Shown here in pieces: positions 24,290 through 36,454 of a DNA stretch of 64,000 bases. The translations under genes and the position numbers were made by a program. Position 1 is the stretch's first letter, and each line of letters opens with the position of its first letter. The stretch lies in the NCBI RefSeq assembly GCF_964204645.1, contig NC_134025.1, positions 23,230,299 to 23,294,298 of the forward strand, written 5' to 3'. The DNA comes from Tubulanus polymorphus (taxonomy: Eukaryota; Animalia; Nemertea). Below the pieces are notes generated by a model. It ran no database searches, had not been told where the DNA came from, and saw nothing but the letters and a program-made list of their open reading frames with translations.

Positions 24290-27200
24290 TATATTTCCGT
24301 CAGTACTGTACCCTTTCCTATGGTTTTTGCCAATATTTTCTAAATTTGGATTGATCGCCAATGGTTTTTCTATACGACCCGGCCCTGTGGTTTACATTTT
24401 TGCATTTAGCCAGCGGCAAAATCCGCCATTGTTTTTCTTGGCGTTCTTGTATATGAACGCGTTGGATTTTTTCGCCAAAAAATCAAAGGGATTGGGAAGT
24501 TAAGGGAGTAATCACTCGTAACGGTGAGTCCGTTTGGTTTGGGGGCTATCCCTTGTTTCTTTTTTCCCGAAATAATTTTACTAATTTTATTTAATTTAAT
24601 TTAATTCATTATTGTGACCGATTAATTGAATAATTATGCCACCCCCTCCTAAAGGTCAGCATCGTGGCGGTGAGGGATGTGGACATTTATTCGGTGCCTG
24701 GGATGACCACGTTTCATGTGCGTCGTGTAGGCATAGATCTGGCCAAATCTGCTAGGAGTAATCCTTGCAAGACTTGCGAGGTTTGGTTCGAGGACCTTTG
24801 GATTCGGGCCGATAAGGCTCGGAAGCTGAAAGATCGTCGTCGTTAATAGTAGGGATTCCATTAATAGTAGGGGTGCCAACCAACGTCTCTTATTCTATTT
24901 CAAATCGTATAGCGGAGCAGTCGCCGATCGTAGTTGCACGGTCGGCTTCCCAACTCCGTTCACCTGGAGGAACGCTAGCGGTGTCCGGTGTCCGGTCAAT
25001 CACCGGTCGAGATACCGGCACATGCCGGCTGGCACCGGTTCTGTTGGTACCGGTCCGGTTCAATCTTGTCTTAGCCTCCCGTCAGTCAGTTATGGACTCC
25101 AGTTCCAAAGCTCGTCTACCAGATATGGTGTCCAATCCTTTGCTGAGAGCTCCATTGGGGACATCTTCACGTCTCTTCTCCCATTGGTGCACTCCTGTTT
25201 CTGCCAAGCTGAGGATGATTCGGGAGGTCCAGACCGAGTCCACCGTCCGAACTCCGTGGAAAAAGCGTTTGGGTACGATGCCGGCGGCGCAAGGTTCGGC
25301 ACGGACGCAAACAGGACTCAATTTTCAGTGCTTTCTCAGGCGGCTACGGATACGGACGACCGCGCCTGACGAGGTCACACACCGTCCCCCAACCCCCACA
25401 AACCTATGACCTCAGTCTTGGACTTAGTCCATCAGCTAGGGTTCGGCGTAAACAGGGAAAAATCTCAGTTGACGCCGGCCCAACAGTTCACTTTTCTCAG
25501 CATGGACTTCGATCTCCGAATCGGCAAAGTCTTTCTGTCCATGGCTCGTGTAGCCAAACTTCAAGAAGCTGTAGCGGGAGTGCCCACAACCCGAGAACAG
25601 CTCATTACTGGTCACGGCTTCTAGACTCCATCAGCTTCATGGGTCTGGTGGTGCCCTTAGACCGCCTCAGAAGCAGGCGCTTGCAACAATATTGGAAGGT
25701 CTTCTGGTCTCAGTCGAAGGTCAACTGGGAGACCTTGATTCCTGTACCTCCAACCGACCTAAGTCCATATATTCATTGGTGGTCGACAACTATGAATCTT
25801 CGGCTCGGGGTGTCACTAGCCCTGTTAGAGGCTCCAGTTCGTGTATTAACGGATGCCAGTCACCAAGGGTGGGGGGCACATCTGGAGAACCGAGTCAAAG
25901 CTGGTCTCGGAGGTGGTCTCGCTACGAGGCCACCAACCACATAAATTTCCTGGAAATGCTGGCCGTGTGGAAGGCCGTGAAGTTCTTTCACAGGAGAGTG
26001 GAGGGCCACCACGTTTGGTTAGCCACGGACAATTCAACTGTGAGGGCTTACCTTCAGAATCGAGGGAGCACTCACTCAGAAATCCCTCACGCATCTGTCA
26101 GCTATTATTCTTCTTTGGTGCCAGACTAAGGCCGTTTCCCTGTCTGTGGCACATTTAGCAGGGAAAAGGAACGTGATGACCGATGCTCTTTCTTGTCAAG
26201 GTCAGGCTATTGCGACAAAATGGGTTCTCCACCAAGAAGTAGCCAATCGGGTTTGAGACATGTTTGGCAATCCGCTGCTGGATCTGTTTGCCACCCGGTT
26301 CAATCGGAGTTGTCCTCTGCTTGTTTCCCCGTTTCCAGACGCGGAAGCGTGGGGGGTCGTTGCCTTCTCTCTGGACTGGTCGGGATGCATGCGTATGCGT
26401 TCCGGCCCACACCAGTCCTCCGCGCTTGCTGGATCAAATAGAGAGATCAGTCAATTGCAACATACAGATATGAGAATTCCCCGCGGATCCGCGGTTTCCC
26501 GCGGATTTCAGTATTGAAAAATGAATTTTCCAAATCAATTTTCCAAATAGTCCAAAAATGATGTAAAAGTAGGGGGGGGTGATGATCTCACTCAATTGGT
26601 CCGGCGCGATCGGTAATCAGGTGAACCGTAAAAGCGTTCAGTGCCTGTTTTACTTATCGTCACGTAAAAGTATCGCATTTCAATGCATATTCATTGCAAC
26701 ACAGCGATTTTGTATGTACACTTGTACTACGATGAGTGTGTATGTATTTTATCGATCGGTTGCAGACACGCACGCACAGCAACAGTAGTAACGTATATAG
26801 GTCTACTTACTGTTGCTGCGTGTGTGAGGCGAACGCCTTCGGATATTATACACTACTTGGTGATGATTTTTAGTGAGCATTCATCGGCGCATTTTTACTG
26901 CAATAATTCAGGGCTCGACCCGTAATGCATGAGATGCTGAATGTCATCAAATGAGGATGTACCACATTGGAACTAGCCATTACCTTCCAAAATATAATAG
27001 TCGTTCATGTGTTCAAGATAGCTCTAAGTGCTCAGAAAGCGTATTTGATTTTGTAAAATTTTCTTGGGGGAGGGCCCCCTAACCCCCTGAAATAGCTTCG
27101 CGGCTTCGGCGCTCGCTAGTGCTGACGGCTACGCCATCAGCTGGTTCGCGTATGTCACTCAAGAAAAATAACCCGCGGATTTTACAGGTCGGCGTTCTCA

Positions 27201-28931
27201 TCCCTGAACATAGTTCTGGTAGCACCATGTTGGCCGGCTCAGAAATGGTTCCTACCACTTCTCAACCTACTGTGCGACAACTCCAGAGGATTCTTCCGAA
27301 TTTCCTATCGCTTCTGTCTCAGGGGAACTTTCGGCATCATCCAAACAGCCAGTGGTTAAATCTGCTCGCCTGGCCATTGTCCAGCCATCCTTGTCAGCTT
27401 CAGGCTTTTCGAGAAAGGCTGCATCGCAGGATCTAAGTGGCCATCAACAAGTACCATTTACGATGCCAAATGGAGTCATTTTGCGGATTGGTGTGCTGCA
27501 GGGGAAATTGATCCATGCTCACCCTCTGTGGCTCAATTGGCAGATTTTTTACTGCATCTATTTGTTCTAAAAGGTTTGCAGGTTGATTTCTCATACATTG
27601 CGTGCTTCTGGACAGCCAAATGTATCAGGGGATCATCGGATATTCCAGCTTGTTGCAGGGTTTTCTGTTTCCCGGCCTTGGGTACCGAGGATAGTTCCAC
27701 CATGGGATATGTCTGTAATTTTGAAGAAGTTAATGGAGGCTCCATTTGAACCTCTTTCTGCAGCGTCATTTGCGGATTTGTTAAAAAAGACTATTCTTGC
27801 TGTTCTTGGCTTGCTTGGCCCGTCGTTCTGAGATTCATGCACTTTCTTTTTGGCAAAGAACCAATTGAATTGAAGCCCTAAGACATCGAGTGGAACTGGG
27901 TCTTCCGGACAGGACGTTTTGTCCTGTACAAGCGTTGTGTTTCTATTTGGATCGCTCTGCTCCATAAAGGGGTTCACGGGAGCGGTTATTTATTCCACCG
28001 CTGGATCATCTGAAGGGTGATATTTCTCGCAAGGACATTTTATTGAAGGAGAATCTTTCCTCGGAGGATGTTGTTTCGCATCAAGTGAGGTCTATGGCTA
28101 CTTCCTGTGCAGCCTTTTCAGGTGCTCCGTTGGAAGAAGTCTGTCGGGCCCCCTTTTGGAATTCTCCATTGACATTCACGTCATTTTATCTACGGGATGT
28201 TTCAGGCCAGTTAGGCTCATTAGCGTCACTCGGTCCTGTTGTTATGGCTCAAGGTGTCCGTTCTTTCGGATCAGACTCTTTAGCGTAGAATGTTTATGTT
28301 TGCATTATCAGGATCAGAAGGGGTGTATCCATGTACATAGTTTGAGCTCATATTCGCAAGTATTAACTTTGCAAAATTTGGAGGGGGAGGGGCCTGAGCT
28401 GGACGGTCTCACTGTGGCCAACCGGTCTTCCCTGTGCTCCATTGCATGCTCCATTCCATGCTTGGGTAAGTGCTCTCTTTTGTCCCTCTTACCTTGTGTT
28501 TGAGCGGTGGTTTTTCTATCTACCTTTCCCACCATCCTTATGCTAGGCTAGTCTAGCAAAAACCATAGGAAAGGGTACAGTACTCGACGGAAATATTACA
28601 ATTTTCGGAACTGTAATTTGTACTTTCGAGTAGTACTAACCCTTTCCTACCGCCCACCTGCCCAGCATAGCTGCATTTTTGGGTCTGCTATGACGTAGAA
28701 GATGGCGGATTCCGTCGGTGGCTAATGCAATACCGCAGGGCTGGGTCTTAATTTGGATTGATTGCCAATGGTTTTTCTATAAGACCCAGCCCTGCGGTAT
28801 TGCATTAGCCACCGGCGGAATCCGCCATCTTCTACGTCATAGCAGACCCAAATTTAGAAAATATTGGCAAAAACCATAGGAAAGGGTAAGTACTACTCGG
28901 AAATACAAATTTTAGTTCCAAAAATTGTTAT
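24290..28931 (+). mobile_element. DIRS1-type tyrosine-recombinase retrotransposon, degenerate copy 1
   Basis: Left ITR TATATTTCCGTC..., right terminus ...TTCCAAAAATTGTTAT, ICR at about 28556-28648. Fragmented gag zinc finger, RT/RNase H (HINFLEMLAV, ATDNSTV), methyltransferase (DLFATRFN) and YR (HQVRSMATS). Large internal deletions and a 742-bp insertion. Confidence 0.93.
26465..27206. mobile_element. Non-autonomous hAT-like element with 6-bp TSD, nested in DIRS copy 1
   Basis: TIRs CAGATATGAGAA / TTCTCATCCCTG. AACATA is duplicated at 26459-26464 and 27207-27212, whereas the uninterrupted site in copy 2 (TGCAACATAGTTG, about 34315-34327) has a single AACATA. Subterminal CCGCGG motifs. Confidence 0.88.
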
Positions 28932-29557
28932 TCCCTGTCAATCGAACACAAACATGCTGCAGTTTCTATTTATTTCACCAATTATTTTCTGACATAATAT
29001 TTCTCCTTCCAGAATGTGATGCACCAGACATGAATTGCAGCTGGAGAAATTGAGAATATTCACCTTCAAATAATGAAGAAGTTTGTTGCTGAAGTTGCTA
29101 TTATTTCTATAAGAAACCAAGTAATTTTCTCTACACAATTCAACCTGGTTCTCGTTTGTTATAAAACTTTGCAGTTTAATTATTTGTAAATTCATTTGTT
29201 TTTTCAGTAAATCGTCAGTGCTCTTAATTTTATGACATTATAGCTCTTGGAAGTTAGATCCTGCTAGAAATGGAAATGGTCTGCGTGGTCAAAATGGTAC
29301 AACACTTAAAAGACTGCCATCAGATAAACACAAAATTGAAAATGGTTTGTCTTCTAATAGTATTTAGACCCAATTTCTGACTGCTATAGTTTTGTATATA
29401 CGATGCTAATTGTTCTCATCATATGATTTTTTTGCAGTATGAAATTTGTCCAAAAAATCAGTTTGAAAGTTGATCAAAGATTGAATGATGGTGTTTAATA
29501 TTTTGTGTTCTATATGGTAACTATAAATTTCTTATGAAATTCCCACTTGACTGTTAA

Positions 29558-30054
29558 TTATGGTGGCTGATAAGGGCCATAGCGAAAAATTTCTGGTATG
29601 CAAATCAGGGCGCCAGAACGCCAAACCGAAAAAAAACGTCCAATTTTCTCTGATAGTTCGTTTTGGCGTGCCACTTTCAACCATGTAAAATAATTCTATG
29701 CAAATTTATGCAAATTACACACAGGATCAACACGCCAAATTGAAAAATAATATTACTGTGATGGAATGGTTGTTTTGGCGGGGGCGCCAAAATGTTAGTT
29801 CTTTTTGGTGAGGGCGCCAAAACGGAATTTTCTTTTTTGGCACGCCAAAACGAACTTTCAGAGAAAATTGGACGTTTTTCATTGTTTTGGCGGGGGCGCC
29901 ACAATGTAAGTTTGTTTTGGCAGAATTTTCTTTGTTTTGGCGTTCCAAAACGTACTTTCAGAGAAGATTGAACGTTTTTTTTTCGTTTTGGAGTTCTGGC
30001 GCCCTGATTTGCATACCAGAAATTTTTTGCTATGGCCCTTATCAGCCACCATAG
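29558..30054. mobile_element. MITE with TIRs of about 60 bp, flanked by TTAA (copy 1 of 3)
   Basis: TATGGTGGCTGATAAGGGCCATAGCGAAAAATTTCTGGTATGCAAATCAGGGCGCCAGAAC and its reverse complement. TTAA at 29554-29557 and 30055-30058. Internal TTTTGGCG...CGCCAAAA subrepeats. Confidence 0.85.
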
Positions 30055-30434
30055 TTAAGGGATCATTCATTAATTACGTACGCATAAAATTTGAATATTT
30101 CCGTCGAGTACAGTACCCTTTCCTATGGTTTTTGCCAATATTTTCTAAATTTGGATTGATCGCCAATAGTTTTCTATACGACCCGGCCCTGCGATATTGC
30201 ATTTAGCCACCGGCGAAATCCGCCATCTTTTTTCTTGGCGTTCTAGCATTCAGGACGCGCTGGATTTTTTCGCCATAAAAATCTAGGAATTAGGAATATA
30301 TGGGAGTTTTCACTCTCGTAATGGTGAGTCCGTTCGGTTTGGGGGTTATCCCTGGTTTCTATTTTTCCGTAATTTTATTTACAAATATAATTTAATTGAA
30401 TTGAATTGAATTTGTTATTGTGACAGAAATAATT

Positions 30435-32613
30435 ATGCCGCCCCCTCCTAAGGGTCAACATCGCGGCGGTGAGGGATGCAGGCATTTGTTCGGCGCCTGG
30501 GACAATCACGATTCGTGTGCGTCGTGCAGGCGCAAATCTGGACAAATCTGTGCAAGGAGTAATCCTTGCAAGATTTGCGAGGTGTGGTCCGAGGACCTTT
30601 GGCTTCGGGCCGATAAGCCTCTGAAACTAAAAGATCGTCGTCGAGTTAATAGTAGGGATTCGTCGGTTTGCGCCGACGTGCCAACCGACGTCCCTAATTC
30701 TATTTTTAATTGTATAGCGGAGCGGTCGCCGATCGTTCTGGTACGATCGGCTTCCCAACTCCGTTCACCGGGGAGGAACGCTGGTTCACCGGCACCGGTC
30801 TCCGGTCAATCACCAGTCGTTGGTCGTTCACCGGTTTGGCCGGTTCAGACTATATGTTCTGAACCGAGCGCGCGCCGCGGTAGTCGGGATCGGCCGGCAC
30901 CGGTTCGGTCGGTACCGGTCTGGTCCAGACGTCATCCGGTTCAAAACTTCCGGTTCGTACATCGTCTGATTCTGATCGTCGCTCCGGGGATAGAGCTCGC
31001 TCTCCCACTAGATCCAGACACCGTGAGCGTAATAAACGCGCAAGGTCTCCTCGCAGATCAAGGTTTGATCGCGAGAGGGATTACGATCGTTATTGCAGGA
31101 AGTTTCGGTCTTCTCATCGTTCGTCGATGTCGGTTAGCGATGAAGGCGATTTTTGTAGTAGCTCTCGATCCCGTGCGAGGGACCGTCACCGAAGTCGGCA
31201 TGATCATCGGGATACGGGAAAATTCCTGACTCGGAAGGATTTCCATGTATTTGAAGAGAAAATTTTTAACTTGTTATCATCGTCGCAACAAGTCGCTGCA
31301 ACCTCTACAACAGGTAAGCCTATTCCTGATTGTCTGGTTAGAAGTTCGCCAGCCCACTCAGTTGTTCGGAATTCTGACACTGAATTCCTGGATGCTGGGG
31401 TAGGGTCTGATTTCAATGATGATCCGGTCCCAGAAGCGGCAATTCCTTCTGGGGTTGTTCCTGTCGCGAGCAATTTTGGGTTGCCCCATACGATGGGGAC
31501 TTCCCTGGCTCGCAATGTATCTCCGTCCCGTTCAGTTTTATCCGAACCAGCCGGGGACATGCCATTTAGAGCGATGATTAGTGAGTTATTTGTCAAACAC
31601 GGGGCAACTCGCTCTAAGCCCACAGCAGCTCCTCTGGTCGGTGAGTCAATGGAAGCTTATCGCCCTCCGGATTCCGATCTTAACGTTTTATGGGAATCGT
31701 CAGCGGCTTCAAGAGAATGGGCTCGATTGGATACGCAATTATGGGGTGAATGTCGCCCTGGAACGTTTTCGTTTCCCCCTCCAGAACGGGGTATGAAATC
31801 TGGGAAATATTTTAGTTCCACCGATCCACCTATAGGCACATTTCGCTCGGCCTATTTCGCAACTCCAGGTGCTGTGGATCACAGTCATAGCTGCCTGGAT
31901 GCTGATTATACTTTGATCAGCCCGGATACTGTTTCAGCACAGTCGGGTATTCGTTTGCCTAAGTCCGGTCTGGTGGCCATGACGTCAATCCTGGACAATC
32001 TTACCAGGGTTGGTTCGTTTCAGGATATGGCACTTAAGGTGTTGACGGGTGAGCTTCGCGAGACTCACGCCGCCGTTCATGCGGGCTCCGACTCAGAGTT
32101 AGTTGCCCTGAAACTGGAGGGAATGGACCGGATTATCCAATCTTTGGCTCGGTCTGTTTCACATGTAATTCCGTTGTCGGTTCAGGGTCAGGCTAATCTT
32201 GTGTTAGCCTCCCGTCAGTCAGTTATGGACTCCAGTTTCAAAGCTCGTCTACCGGATATGGTGTCCAATGCTTTGCTGAGAGCTCCATTGGGGACGTCTT
32301 CACGTCTCTTCTCCCATTGGTGCGCTCCTGTTTCCGCTGAGCTGAGGAAGATTCGGGAGGTCCAGACCAAGTCCACCGTGCAAACTCCGTGGAAAAAGCG
32401 TTCTGGTCCGACGCCGGCGGCGCAAGGTTCGGCAAGGACGCAAACAGGACCAACTCAAACTTCAGCGCTTTCTCAGGCGGCTACGGATGCCGGTTGGAGA
32501 ACTAGCGCGCAACTTCAACAATCGTGTCAAGCCTCGTCCAGTCGTAACAGTTCCGGTTCAAATCGAGGCAAGCTCCAAAAAGGGGCTCTTCCTTTCGGAA
32601 AAACTCTAAATGA
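30435..32613 (+). CDS. DIRS ORF1 (gag-like): N-terminal Cys/His zinc finger, RS-rich linker, helical C-terminal domain; frameshift near 30890
   Basis: Begins MPPPPKGQHRGGEGCRHLFGAWDNHDSCASCRRKSGQICARSNPCKICEVW. A second frame is open from 30884 (AGTGSVGTG...RSPTRSRHRER...) through ANLVLASRQSVM...LLRAPLGTSSRLF. The 3' end is uncertain (see finding). Confidence 0.8.
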
Positions 32614-32623
32614 ATTCTCGGGA

Positions 32624-34647
32624 CCAGTGGGAGGTTGTCTGCAGCGGGCAGCAACCCACTGGTCCGACCTTTTCGGAGACGGTTGGCCCTCCCGGGTCGT
32701 CTCTTGTGGCTACCGTCTCCGTTTCCTGAGGCGACCGCACCTGACGAGTTCACCTCCGGACATGCGGCCAAAACCAGGTCAGGAGGCCTTAATCTCTCCG
32801 GCTCTCAAGGAATTGGCCGAGAAGGGAGCGATAGAACCAGTTTGCAACGAAACTTCTCTCGGCTGGTTTTCTCGAATATTCATGGTACCAAAGGCCACAG
32901 GGGATCAACGGACAGTGATAGATCTGTCATCCCTCAATCGGCACCTAGACATTCCAAGGTTCCGGATGACCAAGCCCAAGGACGTGATTCAAGGGCTCCG
33001 TCCAGGTCAATGGGCAGCTTCATTGGACCTGAAAGATGCTTACTTTCAGGTTCCAATTCACCCAAAATCTCGGCGATTTCTCTGGATAAAGTGGAAAGGC
33101 CGCCAGTTCCAATTCAGGTCTCTTCCATTTGGCCTCAGTACGGCCCTGTGGGTTTTCACCAAGTTGGTCAAGTCAGTTCAGAAGGTACTTCAGTCACGGG
33201 GTGTTCGACTGTTCGTTTACCTCGACGACTGGTTAATAGTCGCGAATTCGGCTCAGGAATGTCGGGAGGCAATGACCTCAGTCTTGGACTTAGTCCATCA
33301 GCTAGGGTTCCGCGTAAACAGGGAAAAATCTCAGTTGACGCCGGCCCAACAGTTCACTTATCTCGGCATGGACTTCGATCTCCGAATCGGCAAAGTCTTT
33401 CCGTCTATGGTTCGAGTAGCCAAACTTCAAGAAGCTGTAGCGAGAGTGTCCACAACCCCGAGAACAGCTCGTTACTGGTCACGGCTTCTAGGCTCCATCA
33501 GCTCCATGGGTCTGGTGGTGCCCTTAGGCCGCCTCAGAAGCAGGTGCTTGCAACGATATTGGAAGGTCTTCTGGTCTCAGTCGAAGGGCAACTGGGAGGC
33601 CTTGATTCCCGTACCTCCAACCGATCTAAGTCCGGATCTTCAGTGGTGGGCGGCAACTACGAATCTTCGGCTCGGGGTGTCACTAGCCCCGTTAGAGGCT
33701 CCAGTTCGTGTATTCACGGATGCCAGTCACCAAGGATGGGGGGCACATTTGGAGAACCGAGTCAAAGCCGGGAGATGGTCTCGCTACGAGGCCACCAACC
33801 ACATAAATTTCCTAGAAATGCTGGCCGTGTGGAAGGCCCTGAAGTTCTTTCACAGGAGAGTGGAGGGCCACCACGTTTGGTTAGCCACAGACAATTCAAC
33901 AGTGAGGGCTTACCTTCAAAACCAAGGGGGCACTCACTCAGAAACCCTCACAGGTCTGTCGGCCAAAATTCTTCTTGGGTGCCAGACAAAGGGCGTGTCC
34001 CTGACTGTGGCACATTTAGCAGGGAAAAGGAACGTGATGGCCGATGCTCTGTCTCGTCGAGGTCAGGCTATTGCGACAGAATGGGTTCTCGACCAAGAAG
34101 TAGCCAATCGGGTTCGAGACATGTTTGGCAATCGGCTACTGGATTTGCCACCCGGTTCAATGGGAGGTGTCCTCTGTTTGTGTCCCCGTTTCCAGACGCG
34201 GAAGCGTGGGTGGTCGATGCCTTCTCTCTGGACTGGTCGGGGATGCATGGGTATGCGTTCCCGCCCACACCAGTCCTGCCGCGCTTACTGGATCAAATAG
34301 AGAGATCAGTCAATTGCAACATAGTTGTGGTAGCACCATGTTGGCCGGCTCAGAAATGGTTCCTACCACTTCTCAACCTACTGTGCGACAACCCCAGGAT
34401 TCTTCCGAATTTCCCATCGCTTCTGTCTCAGGGGAACTTTCGGCATCATCCAAACAGCCAGTGGTTAAATCTGCTCGCCTGGCCATTGTCCAGCGTTCCT
34501 TGTCAGCTTCAGGCTTTTCAGAACAGGCTGCCTCCTCTATCGCAGGATCTAAGCGGCCATCAACAAGTACCATTTACGATGCCAAATGGAGTCATTTTGC
34601 GGATTGGTGTGCTGCAGGGGAAATTGATCCATGCTCACCCTCTGTAG
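32624..34647 (+). CDS. DIRS pol: reverse transcriptase, RNase H and DNA N6-adenine methyltransferase-like domain; 4-bp deletion frameshift after 34144
   Basis: Motifs PVGGCL, FSRIFMVPK, SLDLKDAYFQVPI, LPFGLS, YLDD (33218-33229), FTDAS, HINFLE, TDNST, NVMADALSR; after the frameshift, FATRFN...DAFSLDW...YAFPP. Copy 1 retains GGATCTGTTTGCC where this copy has GGATTTGCC. Confidence 0.93.
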
Positions 34648-35552
34648 CTCAATTGGCAGATTTTTTACTGCACCTATTTCTAGTAAAAGGTTTGCAGGTC
34701 ATAACTATTAAAGGTTACCATTCCGCGATTTCTCATACATTGCGTGCTTCTGGATGGCCAAATGTAGCAGGGGATCATCGGATATCCCAGCTGGTTGCAG
34801 GGTTTTCTATTTCCCGGCCTCGGGTAACAAGGACAGTTCCACCATGGGATCTGTCTGTAATTTTGAAGAAGTTAATGGAGGCTCCATTTGAACCTCTTTC
34901 GGCAGCGTCATTTGCAAATTTGTCAAAAAAGACTGTATTTTTGCTGTTCTTGGCTTGCTCGGCCCGTCGCTCTGAGATTCATGCGCTTTCAGTCCGACAA
35001 GGTCATATTGTCTTTGGGCCAGCGAATGAATTTGTTTCGCTGCGGCCTGCTTTGGAATTTTTGGCAAAGAACCAACGACCAGGCTCGGTTGGGCGTCAAT
35101 GGCGAATTGAAGCCCTAATACATCGAGTGGAACCGGGCATCCCGGACAGGACTTTATGTCCTGTGCGGGCGTTGTGTTTCTATTTAGATCTCTCACGGAG
35201 GGGTTCACGGGAGCGGTTATTTATTCCGCTGCTGGATCATCTAAAGGAGGATATTTCGCGGGACGCAGTGGCCCGATGGGTCTCTTCACTGATCAAGGAC
35301 ATTTTATTGAAGGAGAATCTTTCCTCGGAGGGAGTGGTTTCTCATCAAGTGAGGTCTATGGCTACTTCCTGCGCAGCCTTTTCGGGTGCTCCGTTGGAGG
35401 AAGTCTGTCGGGCCGCCTTTTGGAATTCACCGTCGACATTCACGTCGTTTTATTTACGGGATGTTTCAGGCCAGTTAGGCTCATTAGCTTCACTTGGTCC
35501 TGTTGTCATGGCTCAAGGTGTCCGTTCTTTCCGATCGGACCCTTTAGTGTAG
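32635..35552 (+). CDS. DIRS ORF3 tyrosine recombinase, with a long N-terminal frame overlapping pol
   Basis: ORF 34125-35552 has the YR catalytic set ARRSE (R), CPVRAL, HQVR (HxxR), AFW and FY. The frame from 32635 stays open across RT/RNase H and joins this ORF once the 4-bp deletion at 34144 is repaired. Confidence 0.9.
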
Positions 35553-35810
35553 AATATTTATGTTGCATTATCAGGATCACAGGGGGTGTATCCTTGTACA
35601 TAGTTTGGGCTCATATCTGCAAGTATTAATTTCGCAAAATTCTGGGGGGGCCCCTGAGCTGGACGGACTCACTGTGGCCAACCGGTCTTCCCTGTGCTAC
35701 AGTGCTCCATTCCGTGCTTGGGTAAGTGCTCTCTTTTTCCCTCTTACCTTGCGTTTGAGCGGTGGTTTTTCTATCTACCTTTCCCACCATTCTTGTGCTA
35801 GGCTAGTCTA

Positions 35811-35908
35811 GCAAAAACCATAGGAAAGGGTACAGTACTCGACGGAAATATTACAATTTTTGGAACTAAAATTTGTATTTCCGAGTAGTACTTACCCTTT
35901 CCTATGGT
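35811..35908. repeat. DIRS internal complementary region (ICR)
   Basis: The first half is the reverse complement of the left terminus and the second half is the reverse complement of the right terminus. They join through a single ATT (35850-35852), giving the predicted circle junction AAAATTGT-AAT-ATTTCC. Confidence 0.95.
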
Positions 35909-36454
35909 GGGAATCCCGCCCACCTGCCCCGCATAGCTGGTTTTTTTTTTTGTCTGCTATGACGTAAAAAGATGGCGGATTTTGCCGGTGGCTAAATGCA
36001 ATACCGCAGGGCCGGGTCGTATAGAAAAACCATTGGCGATAAATCCAAATTTAGAAAATATTGGCAAAAACCATAGGAAAGGGTAAGTACTACTCGGAAA
36101 TACAAATTTTAGTTCCAAAAATTGTAATTTTATGACATTACGGCTCTTGGTTGTGAAATCCTGCTAGAAATGGAAATAGTCTGCATGTTTAAAATGGTAC
36201 AACACTTAAAAGACTGCCATCAGATAAACACAAGTTTGAAAATGGTTTGTCTTCTAATAGCATTTAGACCCAATTTCTGACTGCTATAGTACACGATACG
36301 ATGCTAATTGTTCTCATCATATGATTTTTTTGCAGTATGAAATTTGTCCAAAAAACAGTTTGAAAGTTGATCAAAGATTGAATGATGGTGTTTAATATTT
36401 TGTGTTCTACATGGTAACTATAAATTTCTTATGAAATTCCCACTTGACTATTAA

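Larger units (their letters stand above)
30094..36128 (+). mobile_element. DIRS1-type tyrosine-recombinase retrotransposon, structurally complete copy 2
   Basis: Left ITR at about 30094-30232, right ITR plus extension at about 35966-36128, ICR at 35811-35908, and an AAT trinucleotide at both ends. It encodes gag, RT-RNase H-methyltransferase and an overlapping YR ORF. Confidence 0.97.

Noticed and set aside
23430-24290. Similar offset of about 860 bp between right-flank origin and left junction for DIRS copies 1 and 2, as a fixed duplication length
   Set aside because: For copy 1 the duplicated host sequence diverges after about 550 bp (at about 23977 versus 29470), so the equal distance is probably coincidental.
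29677-30206. Several short ORFs over the TTAA-flanked MITE (also near 36662-37098 and 41937-42308)
   Set aside because: They derive from TTTTGGCG/CGCCAAAA subrepeats and have no transposase motifs.
34125-35552. Tyrosine recombinase plus adenine methyltransferase motif as evidence of a prophage or bacterial contamination
   Set aside because: They are embedded in a canonical DIRS1 ITR/ICR structure with gag and RT, in intron-containing animal DNA.
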